A DNA stretch of 63,952 bases, the filler included, from Sluysia triapertura (taxonomy: Eukaryota), in assembly GCA_046118255.1 (NCBI GenBank). It is 5 parts of 5 records of this genome, joined end to end, with 100 filler letters (N's around TTAATTAATTAA, not from the genome) between each part and the next. Parts side by side here need not be neighbours in the genome. Positions count along the whole stretch, not along the records: positions 24,591 to 40,144 come from JBJNIA010225239.1; positions 40,245 to 52,102 come from JBJNIA010163371.1; 3 more parts are not named here. One strand, 5' to 3'. Positions within the stretch are counted from its first letter, which is position 1. Every line of letters begins with the position of its first letter. The position numbers and the translations under genes are program-made. The notes below the pieces were generated by a model that worked only from the letters and a program-made list of their open reading frames with translations, did not search any database and was not told the origin of the DNA. Of this stretch, positions 29,116 to 42,990 are shown piece by piece.

Positions 29116-32100
29116 GTTATTATCTGAAGTCATTTTAATATTTAAATTTTTATACAAGTTTATAATGATTTTAATCTATATTGATTTTATCTTGAATTTT
29201 TTACACCTTGTCCCGCGGATCCATCTTATGAACGACACAATTATATGAAACTAATTTTATACTTGGTTAAAATAAAATGTGTAAAGAATTAATTTCTGCA
29301 TCAATTATATTCCAAATAGTTTCTTTGTACCCTTGAATTTTTATGTTCATTCGATAGATTTCATCAGTATTTCAACTTTGTCTGCCTGGATAAAAATAAT
29401 TTCCGCAATACCGATTTTATTACTTATTATATTTAATCGCTTTTATGAACATCCAAATAAAAGTAAGAAACAGTTTTTGTGAGGTTAAAAGTTTGGTATT
29501 ATGCTTGTGATTGTGTGGCAATTTATGTGATATTAAAGATTTGATATTGCTATGAATCTTTTGTAATGTTAGTATAATCAGAATGTGCGAATAAAGTGGT
29601 TTTCAACATACAAATGAAGAGGACATAACAAGATTTCGTTTTTCAACTTTATGCGAGCCACTTTGAAGTCTTCAAACATTATAGTTAATAATCTCAAATT
29701 TAAAATTTTGTTAGTTTTTAATCGTATTAATAATAATAAGTAGACTAAATTTAAAACAAAAACTCTGAATAGACGTAAGGTCTGTATTAATAAACTCATT
29801 TTACTTTAAAAGCGCCTATAAATTTTTTAATTAAGCTGATCAAAGTTGGGAAATCATCTACCCTAAAAATACAGATAAACAACTATAGAAAGAAATTTAA
29901 ACATCAAATTACAATCAAGAATTATAAAATACAATTATTTAACGTTAATTAATGTATAACGCATAAAACCTTTAGAAGATAAGTAATGCAATCTATCGAC
30001 AAATTGTTTGGTAATCATTTTTCGACACAACGTTGGAATATATCTTATAAATTAAGTATTGTATTTCTTAAATTCGACACAACGATTCCTTTTTACAATA
30101 GTTGGGTAATTCGTACCATCTATTGAAATGACTGCAATTACTCGATAAGTTAAATGAGTATATGCTAAATGAACTTTAGAATTATCGCGATAGTCATTAA
30201 CAAATTTCGTATATTACATTTGGTTAAATGAAAATTAAAACGTATTTAAATATCATAACTATACGACTAAATTTACGTAAATCATGTAATTCAATAATTT
30301 CTGGATCGTAAGGTATTGTATCATTTAAAAGTTGAATGCATGTTACCTGCCATGACAATCTAAATATTATTACGAAATTATTACGAAGAGAGTTTAAGAT
30401 CAAGGGATTATTTTCCATCTTTTAAGTGCAACTAAGTAAACATTATCTATTCACGGTTCATAATTCATTCATCCTTAGCAATTTACATAAAATAATAATA
30501 CCTTGCACAATGCCATGTATAGCAAGAGATGTACTTGTAGTAACTGAAGTAGTACTATCTGGATTGATGTTTATTTTCGGTTGACGATAATAGTAAATTA
30601 TGAACGATTTGAACATAATTTATGTCAGTATTAGAATTGTTATTTTTGTGCACAATATGGTTGAAACTGTTTTTGTTGTTCTGTTGAAAGTTCTGTTTTT
30701 ATCAGTATCTACAGTGCAACCAGGTGACAAATGTTTATTGTTTTGATTTAACCAAACAAATTAATCTCATCGAGTGACTTTTGAATTTGACTGTAACATC
30801 TCGTGTTAAATGCTTCATTCGTACTTTGATCAGAATTTTTCAATGATGTAGATCGAATTGCTGTACGAAGAGCATTTTTGGTGGACTTTGAGCACCAGAT
30901 ACTTTAATATGAGGTTTATTCACTATTGAAGTTAGATTAAATACTGAAATATCTTCAAGAGATGAAGTATTACAATTACTTCTAGGATAGATTTGAAGAT
31001 GTTAATGATTATTAATTTATTTTATATGTGAAGGTTGCATGATGGTAACTTTTGTTTTAATTGGAAAGGACAGAGGATGTTGAAAATTTGCACTAGAAGA
31101 ATGTAAAGTATTAGAATTTTATTAATGGAAAGGAGAATTTGGTGAAGTGTTGAATATGTTTTTTATGAAGTTTATTTGCTGTGTTTTTTATGAAGTTGAA
31201 TAGGCAATGTATTGTATAATCGGTCTATGTAATGGTATCAGGAATTTCATACGAGTCGAATAAACTGATACTGTGCAGCATCATAATGACATTTTCTTTT
31301 CGCTAACATACTTCTTCGATTATGACTGTGTCTTAGAATGTTTTTTTGTTTGCTAGCCAATCATTTTGCGAATTGTTTTCAGCTTTATTGAATCATTTTT
31401 CTGCGACTTCGTTTGTTTGCGTGATTCATTTTAATATACCATTTGAAGTCTTTAAATCACTATAATCAAGACAAAAAATTGAAACTATAATCACTGAGAA
31501 TCTACGAGTTAGAGCGATTTTGATGAAAGCATTTTTGTAAGGATGCTGAATATGAAACCGAATACAGCGGAATGACAATTTTCAAATAATGCAAAATTGT
31601 AAATAAATTCACAGATAAGATAAATCATAAAAGTTGAAAAATAACAAACATAAGAAAATAATAAAACCTATTAATACATGATAATTTCAATCTGCATATT
31701 ATGCAAGTTTTCAAACATTTGAGGAAGCTTTAAAAAGTAAAAAAGTTTTGTAATTAATTTAATTAAAATAAAAAATCCTTTATGGAATAACTTTATTTAA
31801 CCCTTTTAGGCGCGTAATTTTAGAAAATAATTTTATTTCTTTTTGTTAAACAGGAATTACATAATATAAAAAAATATATAGTTCAATTAAGTATTTTATT
31901 ATAGGGACCCAAAAAAGATAGACACATTTAAGAGTCAAAAAATGTTTTTATTAAAATTCGCCCATAAAATAAAGGGTAACTTTAAAATAGATTCATAAGA
32001 ATTAACAGAAATACAATAAAAGATTTTAAGAAAAAAATGATAGAATGATTTAGAAATGACACATTACATATTATTAACAAACAAATTCGAGTTTGATATT

Positions 32101-34316
32101 TAATAATTCTAAAAAATCGTACAGTTACATATTTAGGGTAGATTTTCTAAACGTTATTTAAAATTTATATTTTAGCTGTTTAATTTTAATTAACTGATGT
32201 AAATTAGATTTTTTTTAAATTAACTACTGTTTACAAAGGAATATATTAACTTAGCCAACAAATATGTTGATTCTAGAATCATATCACATATTTTATAACC
32301 CAGAATACATATATTGACAATATATATATTTATAAGAAGTTTACAAATCAAGTGTAAAAATTGTAGCGCTACAATTTTTACACTTGATTTGTAAACTTCT
32401 TATAAATATATATATTGTCAATATATGTATTCTGGGTTATAAAATATGTGATATGATTCTAGAATCAACATATTTGTTGGCTAAGTTAATATATTCCTTT
32501 GTAAACAGTAGTTAATTTAAAAAAAATCTAATTTACATCAGTTAATTAAAATTAAACAGCTAAAATATAAATTTTAAATAACGTTTAGAAAATCTACCCT
32601 AAATATGTAACTGTACGATTTTTTAGAATTATTAAATATCAAACTCGAATTTGTTTGTTAATAATATGTAATGTGTCATTTCTAAATCATTCTATCATTT
32701 TTTTCTTAAAATCTTTTATTGTATTTCTGTTAATTCTTATGAATCTATTTTAAAGTTACCCTTTATTTTATGGGCGAATTTTAATAAAAACATTTTTTGA
32801 CTCTTAAATGTGTCTATCTTTTTTGGGTCCCTATAATAAAATACTTAATTGAACTATATATTTTTTTATATTATGTAATTCCTGTTTAACAAAAAGAAAT
32901 AAAATTATTTTCTAAAATTACGCGCCTAAAAGGGTTAAATAAAGTTATTCCATAAAGGATTTTTTATTTTAATTAAATTAATTACAAAACTTTTTTACTT
33001 TTTAAAGCTTCCTCAAATGTTTGAAAACTTGCATAATATGCAGATTGAAATTATCATGTATTAATAGGTTTTATTATTTTCTTATGTTTGTTATTTTTCA
33101 ACTTTTATGATTTATCTTATCTGTGAATTTATTTACAATTTTGCATTATTTGAAAATTGTCATTCCGCTGTATTCGGTTTCATATTCAGCATCCTTACAA
33201 AAATGCTTTCATCAAAATCGCTCTAACTCGTAGATTCTCAGTGATTATAGTTTCAATTTTTTGTCTTGATTATAGTGATTTAAAGACTTCAAATGGTATA
33301 TTAAAATGAATCACGCAAACAAACGAAGTCGCAGAAAAATGATTCAATAAAGCTGAAAACAATTCGCAAAATGATTGGCTAGCAAACAAAAAAACATTCT
33401 AAGACACAGTCATAATCGAAGAAGTATGTTAGCGAAAAGAAAATGTCATTATGATGCTGCACAGTATCAGTTTATTCGACTCGTATGAAATTCCTGATAC
33501 CATTACATAGACCGATTATACAATACATTGCCTATTCAACTTCATAAAAAACACAGCAAATAAACTTCATAAAAAACATATTCAACACTTCACCAAATTC
33601 TCCTTTCCATTAATAAAATTCTAATACTTTACATTCTTCTAGTGCAAATTTTCAACATCCTCTGTCCTTTCCAATTAAAACAAAAGTTACCATCATGCAA
33701 CCTTCACATATAAAATAAATTAATAATCATTAACATCTTCAAATCTATCCTAGAAGTAATTGTAATACTTCATCTCTTGAAGATATTTCAGTATTTAATC
33801 TAACTTCAATAGTGAATAAACCTCATATTAAAGTATCTGGTGCTCAAAGTCCACCAAAAATGCTCTTCGTACAGCAATTCGATCTACATCATTGAAAAAT
33901 TCTGATCAAAGTACGAATGAAGCATTTAACACGAGATGTTACAGTCAAATTCAAAAGTCACTCGATGAGATTAATTTGTTTGGTTAAATCAAAACAATAA
34001 ACATTTGTCACCTGGTTGCACTGTAGATACTGATAAAAACAGAACTTTCAACAGAACAACAAAAACAGTTTCAACCATATTGTGCACAAAAATAACAATT
34101 CTAATACTGACATAAATTATGTTCAAATCGTTCATAATTTACTATTATCGTCAACCGAAAATAAACATCAATCCAGATAGTACTACTTCAGTTACTACAA
34201 GTACATCTCTTGCTATACATGGCATTGTGCAAGGTATTATTATTTTATGTAAATTGCTAAGGATGAATGAATTATGAACCGTGAATAGATAATGTTTACT
34301 TAGTTGCACTTAAAAG

Positions 34317-35480
34317 ATGGAAAATAATCCCTTGATCTTAAACTCTCTTCGTAATAATTTCGTAATAATATTTAGATTGTCATGGCAGGTAACATGCATT
34401 CAACTTTTAAATGATACAATACCTTACGATCCAGAAATTATTGAATTACATGATTTACGTAAATTTAGTCGTATAGTTATGATATTTAAATACGTTTTAA
34501 TTTTCATTTAACCAAATGTAATATACGAAATTTGTTAATGACTATCGCGATAATTCTAAAGTTCATTTAGCATATACTCATTTAACTTATCGAGTAATTG
34601 CAGTCATTTCAATAGATGGTACGAATTACCCAACTATTGTAAAAAGGAATCGTTGTGTCGAATTTAAGAAATACAATACTTAATTTATAAGATATATTCC
34701 AACGTTGTGTCGAAAAATGATTACCAAACAATTTGTCGATAGATTGCATTACTTATCTTCTAAAGGTTTTATGCGTTATACATTAATTAACGTTAAATAA
34801 TTGTATTTTATAATTCTTGATTGTAATTTGATGTTTAAATTTCTTTCTATAGTTGTTTATCTGTATTTTTAGGGTAGATGATTTCCCAACTTTGATCAGC
34901 TTAATTAAAAAATTTATAGGCGCTTTTAAAGTAAAATGAGTTTATTAATACAGACCTTACGTCTATTCAGAGTTTTTGTTTTAAATTTAGTCTACTTATT
35001 ATTATTAATACGATTAAAAACTAACAAAATTTTAAATTTGAGATTATTAACTATAATGTTTGAAGACTTCAAAGTGGCTCGCATAAAGTTGAAAAACGAA
35101 ATCTTGTTATGTCCTCTTCATTTGTATGTTGAAAACCACTTTATTCGCACATTCTGATTATACTAACATTACAAAAGATTCATAGCAATATCAAATCTTT
35201 AATATCACATAAATTGCCACACAATCACAAGCATAATACCAAACTTTTAACCTCACAAAAACTGTTTCTTACTTTTATTTGGATGTTCATAAAAGCGATT
35301 AAATATAATAAGTAATAAAATCGGTATTGCGGAAATTATTTTTATCCAGGCAGACAAAGTTGAAATACTGATGAAATCTATCGAATGAACATAAAAATTC
35401 AAGGGTACAAAGAAACTATTTGGAATATAATTGATGCAGAAATTAATTCTTTACACATTTTATTTTAACCAAGTATAAAA
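34317..35480 (+). pseudogene. Possible heavily deleted Polinton pPolB remnant (mirror at 29255-30418, minus)
   Basis: Only weak motifs: LHLYVENHF (like the LYLxNNHY/F N-terminal motif) and KIQGYKETIW (like the VSR-insert GYxxxxxWE). Lies directly upstream of the ATPase relic. No catalytic motifs seen. Confidence 0.3.
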
Positions 35481-35619
35481 TTAGTTTCATATAATTGTGT
35501 CGTTCATAAGATGGATCCGCGGGACAAGGTGTAAAAAATTCAAGATAAAATCAATATAGATTAAAATCATTATAAACTTGTATAAAAATTTAAATATTAA
35601 AATGACTTCAGATAATAAC

Positions 35620-36110
35620 CCCACATTTAGACTCACATGTAAGTGGTAAGACACGTTTTATAAATTATTGCAAAGTAATAAATTTAAAAATAAATTAATA
35701 AAACATATTGGTGAAATGTGTTTAACTCCATTAAAATTTTTTTAAGTTACATAATATTAAAGTGATGACAGATTTGTCAGTAAGGGTTAAAACGACTACA
35801 AGAGCATGATGTAATCGTTGGAGGTGATTTATAACAAGAAGCAAATAAGCAAAATGACCTTAATATTTTTTTTCAAAAATTGCAGGATGCAGGGAAATGA
35901 CTGATTTTTATCAGTCAAAATCTTCTTAATCAATGTAATGTAAATATACATTGTTTAGAACGTTTAAAATTCATAGAAACCAAACAATTATATTTTGTTG
36001 CAAAACCAACTTTTTCACATATCATATTTAATGAATTCTCTTTTTTAATGCGAATCAATATGGTTACTTATTTTTAGATTTTACATCTGCATGTCCAAAT
36101 AAATAAATAA
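35620..36110 (+). pseudogene. Polinton/Maverick packaging ATPase (A32/FtsK-like), decayed
   Basis: Walker A remnant SGKTRFI (~35640), Walker B remnant DVIVGGDL*QEA, FISQNLLNQ, and C-terminal QYGYLFLDFTSACP. Stops and frameshifts present. Confidence 0.75.
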
Positions 36111-36789
36111 ATTGGTTAATTTTAAAAACGTTGTAATTAAACCAAATCAAATTAATCACGCAAAGAATAATTTCATTTGTAATACGACAAGATAAAAACA
36201 CCAAAATATCTTAAAATAATTATTATAAAATCATTTCCTTAATTAAAGCAATCGGAATTAGAACCAATCAAAAGCGCCCATTATTTAAATATGCGAGAAT
36301 TTTCTTTAAAATGTGAATTTCTACCCACAAATTCAAAATGTTAACTAATGAGACCGCCTATAGTGTATGATTAATGACTGAATTGTAGGAACTTCTTCGG
36401 ATCGGACCAATATTGCTAATAAAGTATTTATTATTCTGGCTAAATTTTTTCTTGATTATCTATAATCATTAATTAAATAATAATTTTCTTAAATAATTAA
36501 TTATTTTCTCTAATTAATTTTACCTTACGCTATAATAAAACATATTTTTATGTCCATATGACCAATTGTTTCTTTGTAATAGTTGATCATTCTATAATAA
36601 TTTTGTTCTGACTATATTTTCAGGCTGTATATTTTTCTTCTATTTTCCTTATTTTTCTATTTTTAAATGTATTTATGGATTGTTTCTTTTTCCATTTTCT
36701 GTTTTCTTGAATTTAAAGGTTTTTAAGTTCTTGAATTAAATTTTATTTAATTATTTTATTAAATGTTTACTGTTAAAAATTTTATTTAT

Positions 36790-37139
36790 TAATTTATGCT
36801 TTACGATTTGAACCAATAAAAAGGTTTTTGTACGGTTTTTATAAAATACAATTACCTGGCAAGTTGGAAGCTGCATTAGTTGAATTTACTTATGCTTTTT
36901 TTACAAAATTTCAATTAAGTGAGGAATGAAATATGCATCATGTTAATTTTGATAAAATAGGTACTTACGTAGATATTTATGTAGAAATATATGTTAAAAT
37001 AAGAAAATACTTGTACAATAATTGCCGTATTTTTACCGAAAGTAATTTAATTATAAAGATTGTGGATTTTTTACACAGGATCAATAATTTGGTTAATAAA
37101 CTAAGAATACAAATGTTAAATCCATTTTTCAATCTTTAA
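36790..37139 (+). pseudogene. Polinton minor capsid protein (penton) N-terminal relic
   Basis: KIQLPGKLEAALVEFTY resembles the P(I)xLxGxWEVALxE(I)xY mCP motif. Clear nucleotide similarity to 44760-44830(-). Confidence 0.65.
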
Positions 37140-37369
37140 TTTTGCTTTTCAAACTGTACGTACATTAAAATATTTGACATCCTATCGATTTCAAAATACA
37201 AACATCTAACTATATTGTGTCGTATTGATATTCTAAAATCATTGTTTTTAGTCATTGTTTTTACTTTTTGCATTACTTTAATATTGTCATGACAAATCCT
37301 CATAATTAAAGAAGTCTTCGTCCCATCTTCAGTACCAATTAATACTGCTTTTAACTCCAAACTCGTCAT
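37136..37369 (-). CDS. 77-aa ORF resembling the N-terminal half of a Ras/Rab small GTPase with degenerate P-loop
   Basis: LELKAVLIGTEDGTKTSLIMRICHD aligns by eye to K(V)VL(I)GxxxxGKTSLxxRF. Followed by DFRISIRHNIVRCLYFE in place of DF..I...(V)KLQIWD. No DxxG or NKxD motif. Confidence 0.4.
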   Translation of the reverse strand: MTSLELKAVLIGTEDGTKTSLIMRICHDNIKVMQKVKTMTKNNDFRISIRHNIVRCLYFEIDRMSNILMYVQFEKQN

Positions 37370-37498
37370 CTAGAAAAACTAATTTTAAGAGAAAACTTTA
37401 CATTAATTACAGCTTATAAAATGAGCATACGTAAATTTAAAACTGTAAAAATTTTATCATGAAAGTTTCTGTGTTTGCTATCTTTATTATAACTGCCA

Positions 37499-37800
37499 AT
37501 GAATTTCGAATGCTTCCGATGAAACTACAGAAAATTATGATGATGCTGATGACGATGAGAGTAGTGATTGTGATGATGATGTACGTAATGGAGATAGTAT
37601 TCATATTATGGTGAGTAAAAAGATGATAATGATGAGCAATGTAATTATGATGATATTATTACCTGTGTTATTATTAATATTGATGAGCGAAATGAAAATG
37701 ATGAAGATGATAGAGATGATGAATTTAGTGATTTTAATTATGATTACAGTGATGATTAAGATAGTATTATTGATTATAATGATGACAAGTAGATAATTTT
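37499..37800 (+). pseudogene. Decayed highly acidic (D/E/N-rich) ORF (mirror at 26935-27236, minus)
   Basis: SNASDETTENYDDADDDESSDCDDD..., then a frameshift to DDNDEQCNYDD...ENDEDDRDDEFSDFNYDYSDD*. Confidence 0.4.
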
Positions 37801-40072
37801 AATTATTATAATGATAATAATAATAATAATTTTTTTCAATATTAATAACATTAATATTGTTAATTATATAAATAATTAATATTTATAACAATAGTAATGT
37901 AGAAAAATAAATTTTAAGATTTAGAATTAACAAACTTAAATTTTGAGAATATTCAAAATTTTTCTAATCTAAAATAAAGTTATTATGAAAATAATTAACA
38001 AAACAAAAATTATTGATTAAAATATAATAAAAAAGAAAGAGAACAATTAATAATTCAAACGAAAGAAATAATGGAATTATCAAACGATTTAAGAATGAAA
38101 TTATCATTGTATAATGAAAGAATGGAGTAATAGAACTAATTATTATAATAGAACTAATTGTTATTATTGAATAGTAGAAAAGATAATTAATGAAACTACA
38201 GTCATTATAAAAATAATTCATTGTTATTATTGTACAATAGAAGTGTCATTATGTCAAGTTAATAATATATATGTTTCAGAATATGTATGTTATATCTAAA
38301 AATAGAAATAAACCGTAACCGATTGTTTTAAAATCTAAAAATAAATATGTTTAATAAATATGTTAATAAAATCAATGAATATATTTATGGCATTATTATT
38401 CTTATTATTTGTTAGAATTATTATTATAAAAATTATTTTATTACTAATTGTCATAAAAATTATTTAATTTGCAATTCCTTTACAAAATTTGAATAATTCT
38501 TTACAAATCTTTAAATCAATCAAATTTCAATGACATCCAAGTAGCTATAAAAGCTACAGTAATCTTACATAAAACTCTCATAACGATTTTTTACAATGTT
38601 ATACACAATTTTTGAAAATATCTTTGGAATCACTTATAATTTCTGGACCAAATCATTTTTTACAGTTTCTTGATTACTGTTGTTAACTTAAACAAAATCA
38701 TTTTTATTGGATCAATTGGATTGTTCTCACTTTAAAATTTATTCGTTAGTTTGATCATTTTAGGTTATCTTTTTTAAAATAAGATAGTAAAATCTTTACG
38801 TAACATTTATTTATAAGATATCAACTCTTTTTAATCTAAGAGTTGCACAATTTATAAATATAAAATAAATTAGTCAAGATTATACATCAATCTATCAAAA
38901 TTTATTATTTGTTATTGAATTATCATTGTTATAACCTTTTTTTGTGTAATACATATTTTAATTTTTGTCGTTTGTTATATAATATAAGGTACGCCAATTT
39001 TACTCGGTCGTAAAACATACGTAAATTTATTGTTAGAGAGTTTAATAATAATAAGGTGCCGTTTTTTCAACACGGTCGTAATATATTACTTAAATTATCA
39101 ATTTTGTTATAATTTCCTAAGCTTTACCTGATACCACATATAATACCAACATTACCTGATACTAAATATAACTTTTGAAAAATACCATTTACCTTTTCGA
39201 TTGCTAAAGAAATAGATCATTTTTACTTAAAATACTAACATTTTTACATTTTACCTTCGATTAAATTCTTCTTGATTGCTGCTTACAACTTAGCCATTTA
39301 GTGAGTTAGATTAAGATTGTAAGGAACTCACCACATAAATCAATCAAAACAAAGACAAACAAAAATCAAATCCTTGCAGAAGAATAAAATAATTAACTAA
39401 ACTATTATTATAGAAACAATTTTATATCAGTTATAAAAGTAATTCTATTTATCACAAAGCATTAATACTATAAAAATTAAGTATAAATAGACGAAGATAA
39501 TTTATTTGAAAAGGTACTATTTGGTATTCATTTACGAAGATAATTGATTGGAAAAGATATAATTTGGAATTTACAATAATATTTGATTTAACGATAAATT
39601 CACATTAAATATTAATTGTTTTATTGGTATCGGAATAATATTTAATTTAATAATTTAATGACTTTAAATGTTTTAAACATAGTATAACATAATGACATGT
39701 GGTATTCATTGTTACATTTTTAGTGTTCGTATTTCATCATCTAAAGTGTTTTTTCTATTTAATAAACTGTCTAATAATCGTATTACTAAACATTTTTGCC
39801 TTTTGAATAAATAAATTTTCAGTTAACCTAGTTTATTTTATTTTGAACTAAAGGAGGTAATTTGAATTTTAAACGCGTTATATAAGATTGCATTTTCATC
39901 TCTTCCATCAGAGACGAGCGATCTGTAACCTTCAGATTAACATAACATTTGTTAGATAATAATAAACGTTTGATACACGTGATTAAAAATAAAGAGTTTA
40001 AATTGTATCAGGCAGCAGAAAGTAAATTAGGACAACATAAAGTTACAAAATAGGCTAACAGTAATATTAATG

Positions 40073-40121
<49 letters not shown>

Positions 40122-40459
40122 TGATGATGATGATGATGATGATGNNNNNNNNNNNNNNNNNNNNNNNNNNNNNNNNNNNNNNNNNNNNTTAATTAATTAA
40201 NNNNNNNNNNNNNNNNNNNNNNNNNNNNNNNNNNNNNNNNNNNNCACTTGTATTTCTTGACAGTCACGGATTTCTTCTCTCTATGTTACTGGTGGTTTTT
40301 CACTTTTCAAATTCTTCTTTTATACACAAATGATTAATTCCAAAATTATCAAAATTTAATGTCCAACAATCAATAATTTTTTTTGTGAGTTTTCTGAAAT
40401 TTTATTCTTCTTTTTATACCAATATTCCAACATCAAAATTATATAATTTAATAATTAGT

Positions 40460-40705
40460 TTTTTATATCCAATGACTAATTTAAATGAATTATATACAAT
40501 AATAATTATTACATACAATAGTACAAAATAAAATACGATAATAGTTATATATCCAATGACTAATTTAAATGAATTATATACAATTATAAATAAATTACAT
40601 ACAATATCCAATGATAAATTAGATACAAAATAAATTACATACAATAATAATTATATATCCAATGATTAATTTAAATGATACAAAATAAATTACATACAAT
40701 TATAA
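40460..40705. repeat. Imperfect minisatellite built on tatatccaatgactaatttaaatgaattatatacaat
   Basis: Motif recurs at ~40464, ~40548, ~40603 (partial) and ~40654; this produces the repeated YNSFKLVIGY in ORF 40414..40644. Confidence 0.7.
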
Positions 40706-42233
40706 TAGTACAAAAATTTTGTAGTAATACAATTTTATTTCGTTGTTTATTAATTTACAAATTAAAATTTAGCATTAACAATTTTTATAATACAAAAATT
40801 TAATATTAACAATTTTTATTTAGAACAATTTTTATTTTTATACAACATTAATTTAATATTAACAATTTTTATAACAATTTTTATAATACAACATTTTAAT
40901 AATTTAAAATAATTTAATATTAACAATTTTTATTTTTATACAACACATAAATAAAATTAGTAATAATAATATTATATAGTAGGAAAAAATATATAATAAT
41001 AGTTAATAATGTAATAATATTAATAAGAATGGAAATAATAATGACAATAATTGTAATAAATATGATAAAATAAATACGATCGTTTATGTATATTTGTAAA
41101 ATATAAAAATATAACAAGCAGATAAACTAGACATATATGGATTAATCATAAAACGTAGCTTTGCAAAGAAGATTATTTTCGTGTGCTAGAAGTTGTTAGA
41201 ACTGCCGCGTCTTTTAAATATTTTAATTCAAGTCGGTATTAATTTTAAATTCAAAACTCATTAAATCAAAATAATATTTAATTTCACTTATATTCTCCAA
41301 ATAAATAAATAAATTATCATAAATAAATTCAAATATCACAAATAAATATTAAAGTATAAAGCACAAATATATTTAATTGGCAATCAACTTTATAAAGCAG
41401 TAATAATATAAAAATTAAACAGATAACCAATAGCGAGGCAGTCATAACTGTAATATCATCCAAATATTAAATTAAAATAATCAGTATAAAATCAACTAAA
41501 AACGAACCGTTATTTTCAACTACTTTGACTCAAATCTAATGCAAGGCTTTCTGCTGAATAAGATTAAACGGAATATAATTCTTAGTTCACGACCTTTTAA
41601 TTTTGTTGTAATATTAGATGTGAAATCATCTTCATTGTGCAGTAAATTTTTAATCACATTTATTTCTAAAATATATAATTAACAAACAACACAGTCAATA
41701 TACACTCAATTCCTTTCTTGGCTCGAAACCGATTTGATTTGAAAGACTAAAAATGAATAATTCAATGAACACATCTCACATTAAAATAACATTTTAAACA
41801 TCACTTTCCTAAAAAATTCATCAACTTAACTTGTGATATGATTTTAGTAACTTCTAATGTATGAAGATCATTTTTAATGCGTATTTTTGATTAAATATAT
41901 TTTTGATTTGGAAATGTTTTTATTTTATTTTCATTGTAGTTTTTATTTATTTTTATTTAATCAAGCATAGAATATCTCCACGCACGGATCCTAAATTAAT
42001 ATGATTAGATTAGGAATTTAGTTAAATGTGGATTTGTTGAATGGTAAAAATTAGATATTACAAATATTTTGGCAATATTATTCTACTCAAAGTTTATGAT
42101 TTTTTAAAATTATTTTAATGCAACTGATAATTCTTTATAAAAAACTTAACATTTAGAGTTTTTTTACAACATTTTAAGTACAATTTTATGATATGGTTAT
42201 TCCACAACTTGTTTTTCTATAATGACAATTTAA

Positions 42234-42351
42234 CCCATTCGCTGAAATCATCCCCATTGCCACTTATATTTATAATTTGCTTATTCAAGAGCCTGCATGT
42301 TATAATACATTTAAAGTAGGACGAGTATACTCGTCCTTGGCAGCGAATGGG
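42234..42351. mobile_element. piggyBac-type MITE (118 bp)
   Basis: TTAA|CCCATTCGCTG...CAGCGAATGGG|TTAA, with subterminal palindrome AGGACGAGTATACTCGTCCT at 42318-42337. Confidence 0.85.
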
Positions 42352-42620
42352 TTAATGTTATTTTATGCTTAAGCCAGTTTCTAAGTTACGCAATAATAAT
42401 AATTATTATTATAATTTTAAATAGCGTGACATTGTGTCTTTTTGCGTCACAAACAAATTAATTCGGTTCAAAGCTTAATTTTTTAAGCATGATTTTTTCT
42501 AGATAATAATTAATGTAAGTTTTTGGTCATTTTAAATAAACCTAGTAAAATAAGATTTTTTCCCGCCGATAAATATTTGTTTATACCAATAAAAAGATAC
42601 TTAACACATTAAGATATTTT

Positions 42621-42881
42621 TTAAATAAAATTATTTAAACAAATATTGATAATATAACCATAAAATGCATAATTTTCTTCACATTTTACTATATTTTGAA
42701 TTTTTTGTTTATTGAAATGTATAGGTTTACCAATTTGAATAAGATGAAAACCAAATAGATCAAATACAACGGTATATTCATATTTCACATAAATTGCAAG
42801 CCAATGTTCACCATCTAAATTACTTGTATGTGTTTTTAAAATGTAACCACCTTTATCGAAATGTGATGAAATTTTGTCCAT
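42621..42881 (-). pseudogene. Polinton cysteine protease (adenain-like), decayed
   Basis: YILKTHTSNLDGEHWLAIY...VVFDLFG...FNKQKIQ matches the NTDxxxxxGEHWxA(I)Y...FDSxG...Q(L)Q pattern. The catalytic Cys region is eroded. Confidence 0.8.
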
Positions 42882-42942
42882 TTTAAATTAGAGAAAAACT
42901 AATGTGATTAATTTCTAAAGGACTAATTAAATAATAATAATG

Positions 42943-42989
<47 letters not shown>

Positions 42990-42990
<1 letters not shown>

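Larger units (their letters stand above)
24591..40144. repeat. Spacer-less palindrome occupying an entire 15,554-bp contig (7,777-bp arms, centre AGC|GCT at 32367/32368)
   Basis: All ORFs are mirrored with coordinates summing to 64735 and identical translations. Centre reads ...aaaattgtagcgctacaatttt.... Both ends stop in the same (CAT)n(TAT)n microsatellite at gaps. Confidence 0.97.
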
